Virus record (IMG/VR): IMGVR_UViG_3300037067_007160
Location: 1 to 64,000 of that record
Length of the DNA: 64,000 bases
Source: a virus
Taxonomy: Duplodnaviria > Caudoviricetes
Reading direction: 5' to 3' (one strand)
In this document: piece by piece, positions 14,365 to 24,931 of the stretch
How positions within the stretch are numbered: position 1 is the first letter of the stretch
Layout: each line of letters starts with the position of its first letter
The notes under the pieces: generated by a model
Told to the model about the DNA's origin: nothing
Seen by the model: the letters and a program-made list of their open reading frames with translations, nothing else
Databases searched by the model: none
Made by a program: the position numbers and the translations under genes

Positions 14365-15058
14365 AGAAGTTAACTCCAGAAATGAGTTAACTTCTGATGC
14401 GGTCCCACTTAAGGACATAGTCGAGTTGGCCGACTTTAGCAAAGCCTTCACTGAAAGGGCGCGGACTGAAATTAAGTTGACCCAGGATGAGGCAAAGGCC
14501 GTCCTTATGGCCATGGACCAGAAGTTCTACTTGGGTGACCATGCTTCTCTCCCGATGGTCTGCCTTGGGCCCAAATGTATGATGAGGGAAAACTGTCCTC
14601 TTCAGGCCATAGGAAAGGCGCCAGTAGGGCAGATGTGTCCTATAGAGATGGCCCTTATGTCCACCTGGAAGGCGCAGTATGAGTCTTCCCTTGGCGCAGA
14701 CTGGAACGATAAGGTAGAGAGACAGGCAGTAATGGACCTTGTGGAGGCCGACATCCTATCGGCCAGGGCCAATAGTATCATAGCAGTAGAAGGTTTTATC
14801 ATGGAGAATGCCATCGGTGTTAGTGAAGAGACTGGAGAGGCCATCATGCGAAAGGAGAAGCATGTGGCCCTGGACGTCAAGGACATGGTCCATAAGAGGA
14901 AGGAAAGACTCCTTAAGTCTTTGGTGATGACCAGAGAGATGAAGAAGAAGTTAGGCATCGGTGGGGGTGACCCATCAAGGAAAGAGGCTGATATCTTAGA
15001 GAGGGCCCGCAAGAGTAGGGAGCGGGAAAGGGTACAGAATGCAGAAGTTATTAAGTAA
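14327..15058 (+). CDS. Hypothetical protein, possible terminase small subunit
   Basis: Helical protein with a Cys cluster, upstream of the large terminase (position-based inference). Confidence 0.4.
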   Translation: MSEDSLNSKDLVEEVNSRNELTSDAVPLKDIVELADFSKAFTERARTEIKLTQDEAKAVLMAMDQKFYLGDHASLPMVCLGPKCMMRENCPLQAIGKAPVGQMCPIEMALMSTWKAQYESSLGADWNDKVERQAVMDLVEADILSARANSIIAVEGFIMENAIGVSEETGEAIMRKEKHVALDVKDMVHKRKERLLKSLVMTREMKKKLGIGGGDPSRKEADILERARKSRERERVQNAEVIK

Positions 15059-15202
15059 TCAGTTAAAGAAGAAGGCCCTTAAGACACTTGCCTACCTAAG
15101 AAAGGTACCAAGGGTAAAGTTGGTAGCAACAGCAGGACTTGGTCTCGCCCTCTTTAGTTCCGCTACTCAGAAGAGTAAGACATATGAGAAGGAGAGTAGC
15201 TA

Positions 15203-15574
15203 ATGTCATTCACTGGCGCCGCCGTCCATGGTGTCTTCACAAGGATGAGAAGTCTGGCCTCTTCTGGGGCCAAGTCTTTCATAAAACGTGCACCAAAGTT
15301 GAAGATGGATACGAGTTCCATTACATTAGGAAGGATCCTTCAGAACCCACGAAGAAATATATTCCAGTCATCCTGGAACCTACCATCAACAGGATCAATA
15401 CGACATATGATGACGTTAGGCGGCTTTGGTAGTACACCTTCCACACCAATGAAGTATATGGTAGGTGCTCCTCTCTTTGTCTTCGCAAAGAAGCAAGGTC
15501 TTCATGAGAACAATCTGTCCGCAGATGGAATAGGTCTGGCCCTCTTCAAGGGTCGGCATAGCAACTTGTTGTAA
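15203..15574 (+). CDS. Hypothetical protein
   Basis: AAGGAG RBS. Confidence 0.6.
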   Translation: MSFTGAAVHGVFTRMRSLASSGAKSFIKRAPKLKMDTSSITLGRILQNPRRNIFQSSWNLPSTGSIRHMMTLGGFGSTPSTPMKYMVGAPLFVFAKKQGLHENNLSADGIGLALFKGRHSNLL

Positions 15575-15588
15575 GTAGAGGAGAATAG

Positions 15589-16326
15589 ATGGCGGAAGAT
15601 CGAGTATCTGTATGGGAATATATAAATCCTATCCCCGACTACACATCGGCGAGAGGGGCCTTCATCTATGGAACGTATAGTGGACTTAGCAAGGGTAGGG
15701 CCGTCATGCCAATGCTCATACCAACAGAAGGTTGGATGGGTGGACCTGGAAGGGCATTCCAGAAGTATGCAACAGGCGCATGGTCAAAACTGACAACACA
15801 GTCCTTTAGGACAGGAACTGTCAGTAGATATGTTGGTACTACAGGCAGATTCTTATTGTTTGGAGGAGGAACTGATCTTGGTCCGGAGGCAAGGGCCGTT
15901 GCGCGTGGAGGAACGACCGCATGGCGAAAATATGTTCTTAAGCAAGGCGGATATGGAATCCAGTCAGAGGCGATGATAAAGGCTACTCTGGCCAAACTTT
16001 CAGCTGGACCATCAGCCTCTACTTATGCAAAGGCTGGCCTCATAGGTATGGGACGTGTGATAAATCCTCTTATTAACCTATACATGGCCTATCAGGTAGC
16101 ATCCTTTGCAGCAGAGGCTACAATGAAAGGTATTAAGACTATGAGTGACATCATAGGAAGGGCAGGAGATAGAATTTCTAATATGGAGTTAGGTGGAGAG
16201 TTGTCCCGTGGGTATATGGGTAGTGAGGCTGCTACGGAGAGACAGAGGGCCATTCAGGCCATTCAATCTTCTCACCTATCAGGTAGAAGGTTTCTTGGCA
16301 ACGAGGCGGCCATGTACCATGAGTAG
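15589..16326 (+). CDS. Hypothetical Gly/Ala-rich protein (possibly virion)
   Basis: GAGGAG RBS; abuts the terminase gene. Confidence 0.65.
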   Translation: MAEDRVSVWEYINPIPDYTSARGAFIYGTYSGLSKGRAVMPMLIPTEGWMGGPGRAFQKYATGAWSKLTTQSFRTGTVSRYVGTTGRFLLFGGGTDLGPEARAVARGGTTAWRKYVLKQGGYGIQSEAMIKATLAKLSAGPSASTYAKAGLIGMGRVINPLINLYMAYQVASFAAEATMKGIKTMSDIIGRAGDRISNMELGGELSRGYMGSEAATERQRAIQAIQSSHLSGRRFLGNEAAMYHE

Positions 16327-18109
16327 TACCGTCATCAACAAACCTATCAGTGAAGTTCATGATGAGGTTGTCAAGGAGTCACTAACTCCTGAAGAGATAG
16401 AGATGGCTAGGATCATTGAAGATCCTGTCCTTTGGTGTGAGACACACTTAAGAAATCCAGACAATCCACAGGAATATCTTCAATTCAGATCATATCAGAG
16501 GGATATGATTCGATACCAACCCACCAAATACTGGGATGAGAAGCAGAAGAAATATGCATGGAAGAAGAGAAAGAAGATTTATAGATGTGGACGACGTATA
16601 GGAAAGTCAGTCTGCGTCCTTGGTGAGGCAATATGGTTGGCCCATACGAATAAGAACTACAAAGTTCTACTTCTCACTCCATTTGAGGAACAAATGCGTG
16701 GTGCATGGACAGTCATGAAGGCCATGATGCAGGACTCAATAGTTCCTTCACGTATAGTTGAGAAACCGTTCATAATAGAATTCTCCAATGGAAGTGTAAT
16801 ACATGGATTTGTTGGTGGAGCCAAACAGAAAGCTTCCGGTGGTCGTGGAAGTCCTATCCGTTCATTTGGCGCCGATGCGATAGGTGTTATGGAAATGGAC
16901 CATGGTATTGACCATGTCCTTCGAGCTGTTCTCATTCCTATCTTTCTTGGTAAAGCACATTGTAGGTGGATCGGTGATTCCACTCCATCTGGAAGACGTG
17001 GTCTCTTCTTTGAGTGGTGCACGACGCCAGAAGAGAAGGGTGGAGCTAAGGAGTTCCACTTTCCATCATCCATCTCACCAGAGTGGAATGATGAAGCTGA
17101 ACAGGTAGCTAGAAGGAACTGTGGATCTAATGCTGAATACGAGCATGAGTATGAAGCAAACTTTGGTGAGTTGGCCCAAGGTGTCTTCAAGGCTGACGAT
17201 ATAGATGAAGTGATGATGGACTACAAGTATGATATTGGTGATATCCATATCGACCGAGAATACTCCATGGGCGTCGACTGGAATCAGGCCTTTGGTGTGA
17301 AGATCTATGTGACGGAAAAGGACAAGAGGAAGGGTACCTATAGAACCTTCTTCAAATATGAAGTTCCAAACAGTACCTTCACACAGACAACGGCCGTTGA
17401 TAAGATAGTGGAGATATCGAAGAAGATTCCACTCACCTACATATATGTTGACAGAGGATTTGGAACAACTCAAGTTGAGTTGCTGCACAAGTATGGAAAG
17501 CAACATCCTGAGTCAAATCTACAAAGGATTGTGAAGGCTATTGACTTTAAGAGTAATGTTGAACTAAGGGATCCATGGACAAAGCAGGTTATAAAGAAAC
17601 CATTGAAACCGTTCTCAGTGGCCAATGCGGCCCGAATAGTAGAAAGTAGGGCCATCTCCATACCAGAAGATGAGAATCATAAACATGGTCTCATTGGACA
17701 GATGCGTGGTTACAATATGGTGGAGACACCATCTGGTAATGTTACTTTTACTTCAGAGAATAGAGATGATCTCTTAGTAGCCTGGATCCTATCTCTCTTG
17801 CCATTTGCGACTGAGTCTGGAGAATTTTCTGGTTTCGAGGCCATCAATACAATAGGAAAGATAAGAGATCCTCTTAAGTTAGAGGAGAAATTTAGAAGGA
17901 ATGATAGAGACGTTGTTGAAAGATCACGAAATGTTCTGTCAAAAGTTACACCAGGAATGAACTTAAAGGTAAGAAGATTTCAGAGAATTGTTCCTGGTAG
18001 TACTATCGTGCCAATAACACAAAAGGATGCACCTCCTGGAAGTGTGCAGTACCCATTAAGAAGAGCACCAGGTAGGAATAGGACAATGCCAAGGAGGACA
18101 TCTTTCTAA
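16319..18109 (+). CDS. terL: Terminase large subunit (start reassigned to MSSTVI)
   Basis: RSYQ adenine-binding motif, Walker A CGRRIGKS, STPSG motif III, EYEANF, nuclease MGVDWN and RDDLLVA. Confidence 0.92.
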   Translation: MSSTVINKPISEVHDEVVKESLTPEEIEMARIIEDPVLWCETHLRNPDNPQEYLQFRSYQRDMIRYQPTKYWDEKQKKYAWKKRKKIYRCGRRIGKSVCVLGEAIWLAHTNKNYKVLLLTPFEEQMRGAWTVMKAMMQDSIVPSRIVEKPFIIEFSNGSVIHGFVGGAKQKASGGRGSPIRSFGADAIGVMEMDHGIDHVLRAVLIPIFLGKAHCRWIGDSTPSGRRGLFFEWCTTPEEKGGAKEFHFPSSISPEWNDEAEQVARRNCGSNAEYEHEYEANFGELAQGVFKADDIDEVMMDYKYDIGDIHIDREYSMGVDWNQAFGVKIYVTEKDKRKGTYRTFFKYEVPNSTFTQTTAVDKIVEISKKIPLTYIYVDRGFGTTQVELLHKYGKQHPESNLQRIVKAIDFKSNVELRDPWTKQVIKKPLKPFSVANAARIVESRAISIPEDENHKHGLIGQMRGYNMVETPSGNVTFTSENRDDLLVAWILSLLPFATESGEFSGFEAINTIGKIRDPLKLEEKFRRNDRDVVERSRNVLSKVTPGMNLKVRRFQRIVPGSTIVPITQKDAPPGSVQYPLRRAPGRNRTMPRRTSF

Positions 18110-20127
18110 TGGCAAAAAAGAAGGTATCTAATACATCAAAAGTTAACTATGAACCGGTTATCAAACAACCTGTTCGACCTGTTACATTAGACGTTGGTCA
18201 AAGGACAAGGACAGGATCAGGTGATACACCACAGTTGCAACTTGGCGACTTCGTCTCTCCTGACCAACTAGGACAGATATCTGATGAGGACCAAACTATT
18301 ATCAATGAATTTGTAAGTCTCTATGAGGACTCCAAACAGAGACTCCAGGCTATAGATGTACAACTTGATAATATCCTATCAACAATGGCGATTCCATATG
18401 ATCCAATAAAGTTTCCAGATCTTGAGGAAGCACATAAGCACGTATGTGGCCGACCAGGAGCAACGAATGTCATAACATATCCTGATATACAAAATAGATG
18501 GGCCCTTGAGAAAGCGCAAGTGAAGAGCACACTGAGTGTACCAAAGACACTTGATGATCTTGAGCAGATGAATTCTGCTGAGCTTCAGGGACTTACTAAC
18601 CAGAAGGTCGAGAAGATGATCGCCCAGATGCTTAAGCAGGCGATGAAACAAGTACTTGTATGGTCCGTCGAATTTTTTGAGAAGATCTTCGCTCCTGTAT
18701 CAGGTATTAAGTTCGTCAAAATTATACCAAAACTCATTAGGAAGGCAAAGAATAGGATAATTGGTAGCAACGATCCTATGGTTGCTGTGCAGAACTTTGA
18801 AAATGAACAGGTAACAGAAGAAGGTGAGTTAGCAAGTGATGAACTGGCCCAAGCTGGTGGTGGCTATATATCTTCCGTAAAAGAAGTGGCACAGGCCATT
18901 GTTGATGAACTTCCACCACAATGTCTAGCGCATACAACGAACTGGAACAAAAATATAGAAGCCCTAGTACGAGATACAAAGTATGCTCCAGCCTACTATG
19001 CCAAGAAGGCCAATATGATGGCCACTGATAGGCTCGAATCATTAAATAAACTGGCTGCAATTGGTATTCCAGAAGGAAACGTCGTAACTATTGGCTCCAC
19101 GACAATGACGTACACTAATCCCCTACCAGAAGAGTATCTAAGGGCAAGAGCAGATGGTAGTACAAAGATCAGCGCCTTTGGTGATGGTTTAGTAGACTCA
19201 GTTAAGAAAGTTAATAGCACTCTCATACCAAAACTTGAACGAGTGGTAAAGAATCTTCTTGAAGATCCATCCCTCCTATGTTGTCTTATAAAGAATCTCA
19301 TCCTCATGGCCAAGATGAAAGATTTGAAGGAAATACTTCTCTCTATCCAGGCTCTTCTGCTTCTCTATAGAAACTTCCTTGTAATAGATGTGGCCGCAGA
19401 ATTGGCCAAACTTGGAAATATGATAATTGACCTTGTCAATAGTCTACTACAATCTATATTTTCCGCCTATACTACACTCTTCCTAAACTCACTGAGTAAG
19501 AAGGCAATGAAGATTATGGATCTTGAGAAGTTGAAGTCGGACCAATGTGCACCATGGAACGAACTTATTAATACGGCCATCGACTTCCTCACTGATATGC
19601 TGCAAAAGATCTGGGACTATCTTACGGGTTTCTTTGTGAACTTTAATCTTGACATACAAAGATTGAGTGAGCAGAGCGATAAGGTAGCCAATCTTGCTAG
19701 GATAGACAAATTATTAGATATAATAGGAAAGATAATAAGGTTCACAGCAGCCTGGGCAGCCTGCGTCGAGAGCAAGCAGGACCCTCGCGTCATACTTAAT
19801 CTGAAGAATAGACTTGTAAAGACAAGTTCTGGAATAAAAGTATTACCAGTTAATGCATCTTCTCGTGTTGGCACAAGAGAAGTTGGAATTGGTGTCTATA
19901 ATGAGAATGGTAAGACGATCCAGGTAACGAAGCAGGTGCAGGAGAGTAATGCAGGAGAACCTGGCAGTCCCCTTTCCACCGAAGGTCTTAGTGTACTTCT
20001 AACCAATTACCTAGGGATGAACCAGACAAAGGCGAAGACTACTATTGCTTCGCTCGATGATTGTGCCTGTGACAAATCCCTTTCTGCGGATGAACTTCGC
20101 GAGATTGAAAGCTACTTTAAGGAGTAA
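18109..20127 (+). CDS. Hypothetical alpha-helical protein between terminase and portal
   Basis: 672-aa ORF translationally coupled to terL. Confidence 0.75.
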   Translation: MAKKKVSNTSKVNYEPVIKQPVRPVTLDVGQRTRTGSGDTPQLQLGDFVSPDQLGQISDEDQTIINEFVSLYEDSKQRLQAIDVQLDNILSTMAIPYDPIKFPDLEEAHKHVCGRPGATNVITYPDIQNRWALEKAQVKSTLSVPKTLDDLEQMNSAELQGLTNQKVEKMIAQMLKQAMKQVLVWSVEFFEKIFAPVSGIKFVKIIPKLIRKAKNRIIGSNDPMVAVQNFENEQVTEEGELASDELAQAGGGYISSVKEVAQAIVDELPPQCLAHTTNWNKNIEALVRDTKYAPAYYAKKANMMATDRLESLNKLAAIGIPEGNVVTIGSTTMTYTNPLPEEYLRARADGSTKISAFGDGLVDSVKKVNSTLIPKLERVVKNLLEDPSLLCCLIKNLILMAKMKDLKEILLSIQALLLLYRNFLVIDVAAELAKLGNMIIDLVNSLLQSIFSAYTTLFLNSLSKKAMKIMDLEKLKSDQCAPWNELINTAIDFLTDMLQKIWDYLTGFFVNFNLDIQRLSEQSDKVANLARIDKLLDIIGKIIRFTAAWAACVESKQDPRVILNLKNRLVKTSSGIKVLPVNASSRVGTREVGIGVYNENGKTIQVTKQVQESNAGEPGSPLSTEGLSVLLTNYLGMNQTKAKTTIASLDDCACDKSLSADELREIESYFKE

Positions 20128-20130
20128 CAA

Positions 20131-22197
20131 ATGAAATTAACTAATTTCTTTACGAATATGTTTGGTAGAAAGGAAAAGAGTAATGACTTCGTCTTAGTGG
20201 ATGCTCCATCAAAGGGAACGACAAAGTCGAAAAATATCTTTAAGTCTATCCTACTAAAGTTCAAGGCGGATGTCAACTCTAGGAATGCAAAGCTAAAGGA
20301 TCCAGAGTACGACTTCGCTACCATTAGAAATGCTATCGATGTTGAGTCCATACTGCGACAGGCGAAGGAAAAGTATCTTCAGCTAATTTGGAAGAATGGT
20401 TATAGTTTTATTGGAAAGAATCAATCGTCCGTTGAATACGTAAAGATGCGTCTTGGGCAGATAGCGATTATGACTGGAACACCTACTTCTATCTTTCTCG
20501 ATAACGTTGCTGAAGAACTCATTACCTACCATAACGTCTTCATAGCAGTCCAAAGGGATACTGCTATGTCTGGTGGAAAACCATACATGAATGTCTTTGG
20601 AAAGCGTGTCAATCCTATAGCGGGACTCTTTGTCATACCAGCCTCCCATACAAAACCTGTCGTTGATGATAAGACTGGCCGCCTACTTGGTTGGAAAGTT
20701 GAAGGTTTTAAGGATGAAGATGATAAATTCTTCATGGCAGAAAATATCGTCCATATATATATGTCAAAGGCCACTGGCAACTTAACGGGAACACCAATGA
20801 TGATTCCCGTCCTTGATGATATTAGAGCTCTCCGCAAGATGGAAGAGAATGCTGAAGCTCTTGTCTATCAACACGCCATACCATTATTTAAGTATATTGT
20901 TGGAAATAAAGACAATCCAACGGAAGATGATAATGAGATAACAGAAGTTAAGTCGCAGGTCGAAAGTTCTGATCCACATGGTATGTTCGTCATACCATTT
21001 AATCATGATATTGTCGCTGTTGGAAATGGTGCCGCCCCTCTCGATGTTGAACGTTATCTTCGCTACTTTAGGCAGAGAATTATTTCTGGCCTTGGCCTAT
21101 CCAGTGTCGCCTATGGTGAAGGAGATAGCGCCAATAGGGGAACTGCCCTAGTACAAGATAAAGGTCTACAAGATGGCGCCAAGAAATATATTGCAACTAT
21201 TAAGACATTCATCGACGAACTCCTTATCAATGAATTATTGCAGGAAGGCAACTTCGATATCATGGATCCATTGGATCAGGTTCACCTCTTCACTCCAGAG
21301 ATTGATGTTGATGCGAAGATTGCGAAAGAGACCCACGTGATGGCCCTTTACCAAGGTAACTGCATAAGTGAGAATGAAATGCGTTCCGAACTTGGTAAGG
21401 ATCCAGTTTCTGAAGAGGAGAGGAACTTCATGTACTGGAACCTTGTGGGACTACAGAAGGCCCTCATTATGTCGTCTGATGAAATGTCAAGCCTTGGCAC
21501 AGCATCAACTACAGGTCTTGATATACCAAAAGGAACGGCAACAAAAGTTCGTCCAACAAATCAACAAGGAGTAAAGAAGAATAGTAAGCCGAAAGCTAAT
21601 GATAGAGTCTTCGTTGAGAATTCTATTCGTTCTCTTTACATGTTGTTATCAGAGAAGTACGAAAGTGTTGTAGGTGACGTCATTGAGAGACTGAAGGATA
21701 AGGATTCTATTAAGAATATTAACTTCCATCTTCTATCATCTTTTAACGATCTATATATCTGCACCAAGCATATGATAGACCATGTGTATGGTGAAGGATG
21801 GATTAGTGTTGACCAGGGTGCTCCGACGGTTACCATTCCAATATTAGCTGAAAATTACGCTAAAATGCTTAAAATTCTCGGAAAGGATGCTACTATACTA
21901 TTGGAAGGTACTAAAATCAAGGGCCATACTATTGATATGGGTGACGTCATTAATGCTTTTGACTCACTACGTCCAAGGCTTGAAACAATATCAAAAATAA
22001 TAATCGAAAAGAGTTTTTCGATGGGACTAGCATCTGCACTGTTGAAACAGAAGGGCGCCGTTGTAATATCCGATACGAAGGGGACTTGCGGCGGCAATAT
22101 GGAAATAATGGATACGATCAACATCGACCAGATTCCACCGCATGGCCAGAACTGTTCTTGTTATGTGGCCAAGAAGGAGCAAACACAAAATGGATAG
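20131..22197 (+). CDS. Portal protein with C-terminal Mu gpF-like extension
   Basis: Position after terL; IVHI...GTPMMIPVLDDIRALR and ISENEMRSELGKDP; C-terminal IPPHGQNCSC. Confidence 0.8.
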   Translation: MKLTNFFTNMFGRKEKSNDFVLVDAPSKGTTKSKNIFKSILLKFKADVNSRNAKLKDPEYDFATIRNAIDVESILRQAKEKYLQLIWKNGYSFIGKNQSSVEYVKMRLGQIAIMTGTPTSIFLDNVAEELITYHNVFIAVQRDTAMSGGKPYMNVFGKRVNPIAGLFVIPASHTKPVVDDKTGRLLGWKVEGFKDEDDKFFMAENIVHIYMSKATGNLTGTPMMIPVLDDIRALRKMEENAEALVYQHAIPLFKYIVGNKDNPTEDDNEITEVKSQVESSDPHGMFVIPFNHDIVAVGNGAAPLDVERYLRYFRQRIISGLGLSSVAYGEGDSANRGTALVQDKGLQDGAKKYIATIKTFIDELLINELLQEGNFDIMDPLDQVHLFTPEIDVDAKIAKETHVMALYQGNCISENEMRSELGKDPVSEEERNFMYWNLVGLQKALIMSSDEMSSLGTASTTGLDIPKGTATKVRPTNQQGVKKNSKPKANDRVFVENSIRSLYMLLSEKYESVVGDVIERLKDKDSIKNINFHLLSSFNDLYICTKHMIDHVYGEGWISVDQGAPTVTIPILAENYAKMLKILGKDATILLEGTKIKGHTIDMGDVINAFDSLRPRLETISKIIIEKSFSMGLASALLKQKGAVVISDTKGTCGGNMEIMDTINIDQIPPHGQNCSCYVAKKEQTQNG

Positions 22198-23812
22198 AGA
22201 CATTAGAGATTCTTATTCCCTTTCATTACCAACGGATAAGACAGTTCTTGATAGTGTCAAAGTGGACATGACAACGATCAAGGATCAACAGGGAAATCCA
22301 GCCCTTGAAGTTGTCATTGATGCTACACATGGTGGATATGTGAATAGCAATCTTGCCATGTATACCAAGGATGGACAACAAGCTGGAGCAAAATCATTCT
22401 TCGTGCCATTTCCAAAACCTGTACTAACAGAACATGATGATGAGAAACCACCCATTGGTCGTATCATAGATGCTCAATATGTGGATCTCATTGTTGATGC
22501 TCAGGAAGTTGCAAAGGCAGGAGAACGCGGAGTTCCACAGTCCAAGATTACGGTCAAGGCTATCATTACGGATGCAGAGGCTATTCAGAAACTCATGGAT
22601 GGTCGTTTCCTTACAGTATCTATTTCTGGTAGGCCAAAGACAGCTCCTCGATGCAGCATCTGTGACCAACAGATTGAAGGTGTCTTTGGATGTGAGAATG
22701 ATCACATGAGAGGCAAGACGTACGATGGAAAACTTTGTTACTACAAGATTGGCGAGATGGGTTACTCAGAGATGTCGTTCGTGAATAAACCTGCCGATCA
22801 ATCAGAGAAGCATGCTGCGATGATTACTTCTATGAAGGCTATAACGGCCCCATCATTCGCAAACATTGGTGATACAACTGATGATAAGGGTAATGTGAGT
22901 GATTCGGTAGAAGATAAGTGTCCTGAATGTGAGGATAATTTCTGGACAGATGCTGAGATTGCAGAGATTAAACCTATTGCTGATGAGTATGACACATGGC
23001 TTGAGTCTGCGGAAGCTGGTGATGCTGTCCTTACTACTCAACAGAGGAAGAACATGAAGTCTAGTACATTCTGTGGACCTGCCCGTTCTTTCCCCGTACC
23101 AGACTGCAAACATGCGGCCAATGCAAAGGCGAGACTAACACAGAGTGTTAAGTCAGGCAAACTCTCCTCATCGACTGCTGCGAAGATTAGAGGTTGTATC
23201 AATAGGAAGTCCAGCTCATTGAAGTGTGGTTTCAACAAGGATAGCGCATCTCCAACAGCAGAGGCAATCGCCCTTCTCGAAGAGGCTAGGATGTCTCTGG
23301 CAGCTGAAGTAAAGCAACTTGTCGATCAGAAGGTTGCAGCAGAGGAGCAACTCAAGATGGCCAATGCGAAGATAGACCAGACACTAGCAGATCTCGCAAA
23401 GGCGCAAGAAGATCTTAAGAAACTGAAGGAAACAGGAGAAGAGCAGCATAAGCAGGACCTTGAGCAAAACAAGGGGCTTACGGGCCAGCTTAGAGAGAAA
23501 GTAGCATCAAATGTCATCAGCATGTCTCTCCTCCTGCAAAAAGACAGTTTCCTCAATGTATTTGGAGGAAACACCGTAGAGGATAGGGTAAAGAACCACT
23601 CAACAACCCTCTCTAAGTACAAGGAAATGCCACTTGAGGATTTGATCAAGCTGGAAAAGCAATACCTTGATGAGCTTACCAAGAAAACTTTGGTAGGCCA
23701 CAACGCCGGGCCCATTACGGGACCAGAAGGCGATCCCATGATCGCAAAACAAATCAAGACCATATCCGACCGCAAACAAGAAGTTCGCGGTTGGTTTTAT
23801 GGAAAAGCCTAA
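22190..23812 (+). CDS. Prohead protease/scaffold fusion (start MDRDIR)
   Basis: PVLTEHD, PIGRI, TVSIS and EMSFVNKPAD HK97-type protease motifs; coiled-coil C-terminus. Confidence 0.8.
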   Translation: MDRDIRDSYSLSLPTDKTVLDSVKVDMTTIKDQQGNPALEVVIDATHGGYVNSNLAMYTKDGQQAGAKSFFVPFPKPVLTEHDDEKPPIGRIIDAQYVDLIVDAQEVAKAGERGVPQSKITVKAIITDAEAIQKLMDGRFLTVSISGRPKTAPRCSICDQQIEGVFGCENDHMRGKTYDGKLCYYKIGEMGYSEMSFVNKPADQSEKHAAMITSMKAITAPSFANIGDTTDDKGNVSDSVEDKCPECEDNFWTDAEIAEIKPIADEYDTWLESAEAGDAVLTTQQRKNMKSSTFCGPARSFPVPDCKHAANAKARLTQSVKSGKLSSSTAAKIRGCINRKSSSLKCGFNKDSASPTAEAIALLEEARMSLAAEVKQLVDQKVAAEEQLKMANAKIDQTLADLAKAQEDLKKLKETGEEQHKQDLEQNKGLTGQLREKVASNVISMSLLLQKDSFLNVFGGNTVEDRVKNHSTTLSKYKEMPLEDLIKLEKQYLDELTKKTLVGHNAGPITGPEGDPMIAKQIKTISDRKQEVRGWFYGKA

Positions 23813-23827
23813 GGAGGCTAGAATAAC

Positions 23828-24898
23828 ATGGCTAAACTAAACTTCAACTCTAACGTAACACCAAGGACTCCTCTCCGGGCCATCCAGGATGTTGCTTTGA
23901 ACAGGACGATTGGAGAACTCGAGGTTTCTGAGGGAACCAATCCGCACCTTCCATGCTACCCATACAAGTATCTTCCTGTAATGGTTATCGATAATGCATC
24001 TGATGAAGGTATCGTACTTGTAAAGGGAACGATCGTCTCTCTTATTACCAACCAGACGAATCTTGTGGATGGAATTCCTGCATCAGGTATTCCTGAGCCA
24101 ATTACTAGTGGTAACATTCCAATCACGGATGATGCGACGACCACGGCAGTAGACTGGATTGTTGGTAACATCGACGACAATTACTTTGGTTATGACCAGT
24201 CTGTCATCGGCCTTCTCGTACCTGCGAACGGTGGAACGGCAAGTGCCATTCCCTACAGCTCGTTCGATACGACAGTTGCTACATTCGCTGATAGTGGAAC
24301 GCAACCTCTCAACCTCGGCGCTAACATGCCAGTCGGAATCGTCTACCAGGATGTCTATCAGGACATCAGGGGCTTCAACCTTAACTACCAGATGCATGAT
24401 GTCTATGGCTATGCGTCACGCGGATTCATCAACGTTCCGTTTGTCGACACAGCCGCAGTCACGACCTTTGGTAGCTCGGCTGATACCCAGACGGCAACGC
24501 TGGATACGACCAGTTGCTACTACAAGATCTGGAGAAAGTACGCGTTCTTCTACTTCTCACATGCAAACAATGGTGGAAGCGCTGGCCAGATCCTTCGTTC
24601 CGACCTGCTTGGTAAGTTCATTCCACAGGGAACAACGGCAACGACAGCAGTAACGGCGCAGTCGGTCGGAAGGCTCCATGCTTGTGACAGCAGGTTCCCT
24701 AAGGACCTCGTTGCAACGACACAGACTTACCCAGGCAGCAAAGTGACCGGAACGGATACCTTCGGGCTTCCTTCGGTTCTGTACCATTTCGCCAAGGCCG
24801 TACTTGAGTCGGATGGAACAGCCAGGACAAACCTACAGATCCTTACGGATGTTCAGAATGGAAACTTCGGCCTTGCACGGATCGGCCTGATCCTCTAA
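23828..24898 (+). CDS. Head decoration or capsid-associated protein
   Basis: Between protease and major capsid gene; strong RBS. Confidence 0.55.
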   Translation: MAKLNFNSNVTPRTPLRAIQDVALNRTIGELEVSEGTNPHLPCYPYKYLPVMVIDNASDEGIVLVKGTIVSLITNQTNLVDGIPASGIPEPITSGNIPITDDATTTAVDWIVGNIDDNYFGYDQSVIGLLVPANGGTASAIPYSSFDTTVATFADSGTQPLNLGANMPVGIVYQDVYQDIRGFNLNYQMHDVYGYASRGFINVPFVDTAAVTTFGSSADTQTATLDTTSCYYKIWRKYAFFYFSHANNGGSAGQILRSDLLGKFIPQGTTATTAVTAQSVGRLHACDSRFPKDLVATTQTYPGSKVTGTDTFGLPSVLYHFAKAVLESDGTARTNLQILTDVQNGNFGLARIGLIL

Positions 24899-24931
24899 GC
24901 AGAGGGCCAAGACCACCTAGGAGGAAATTAG

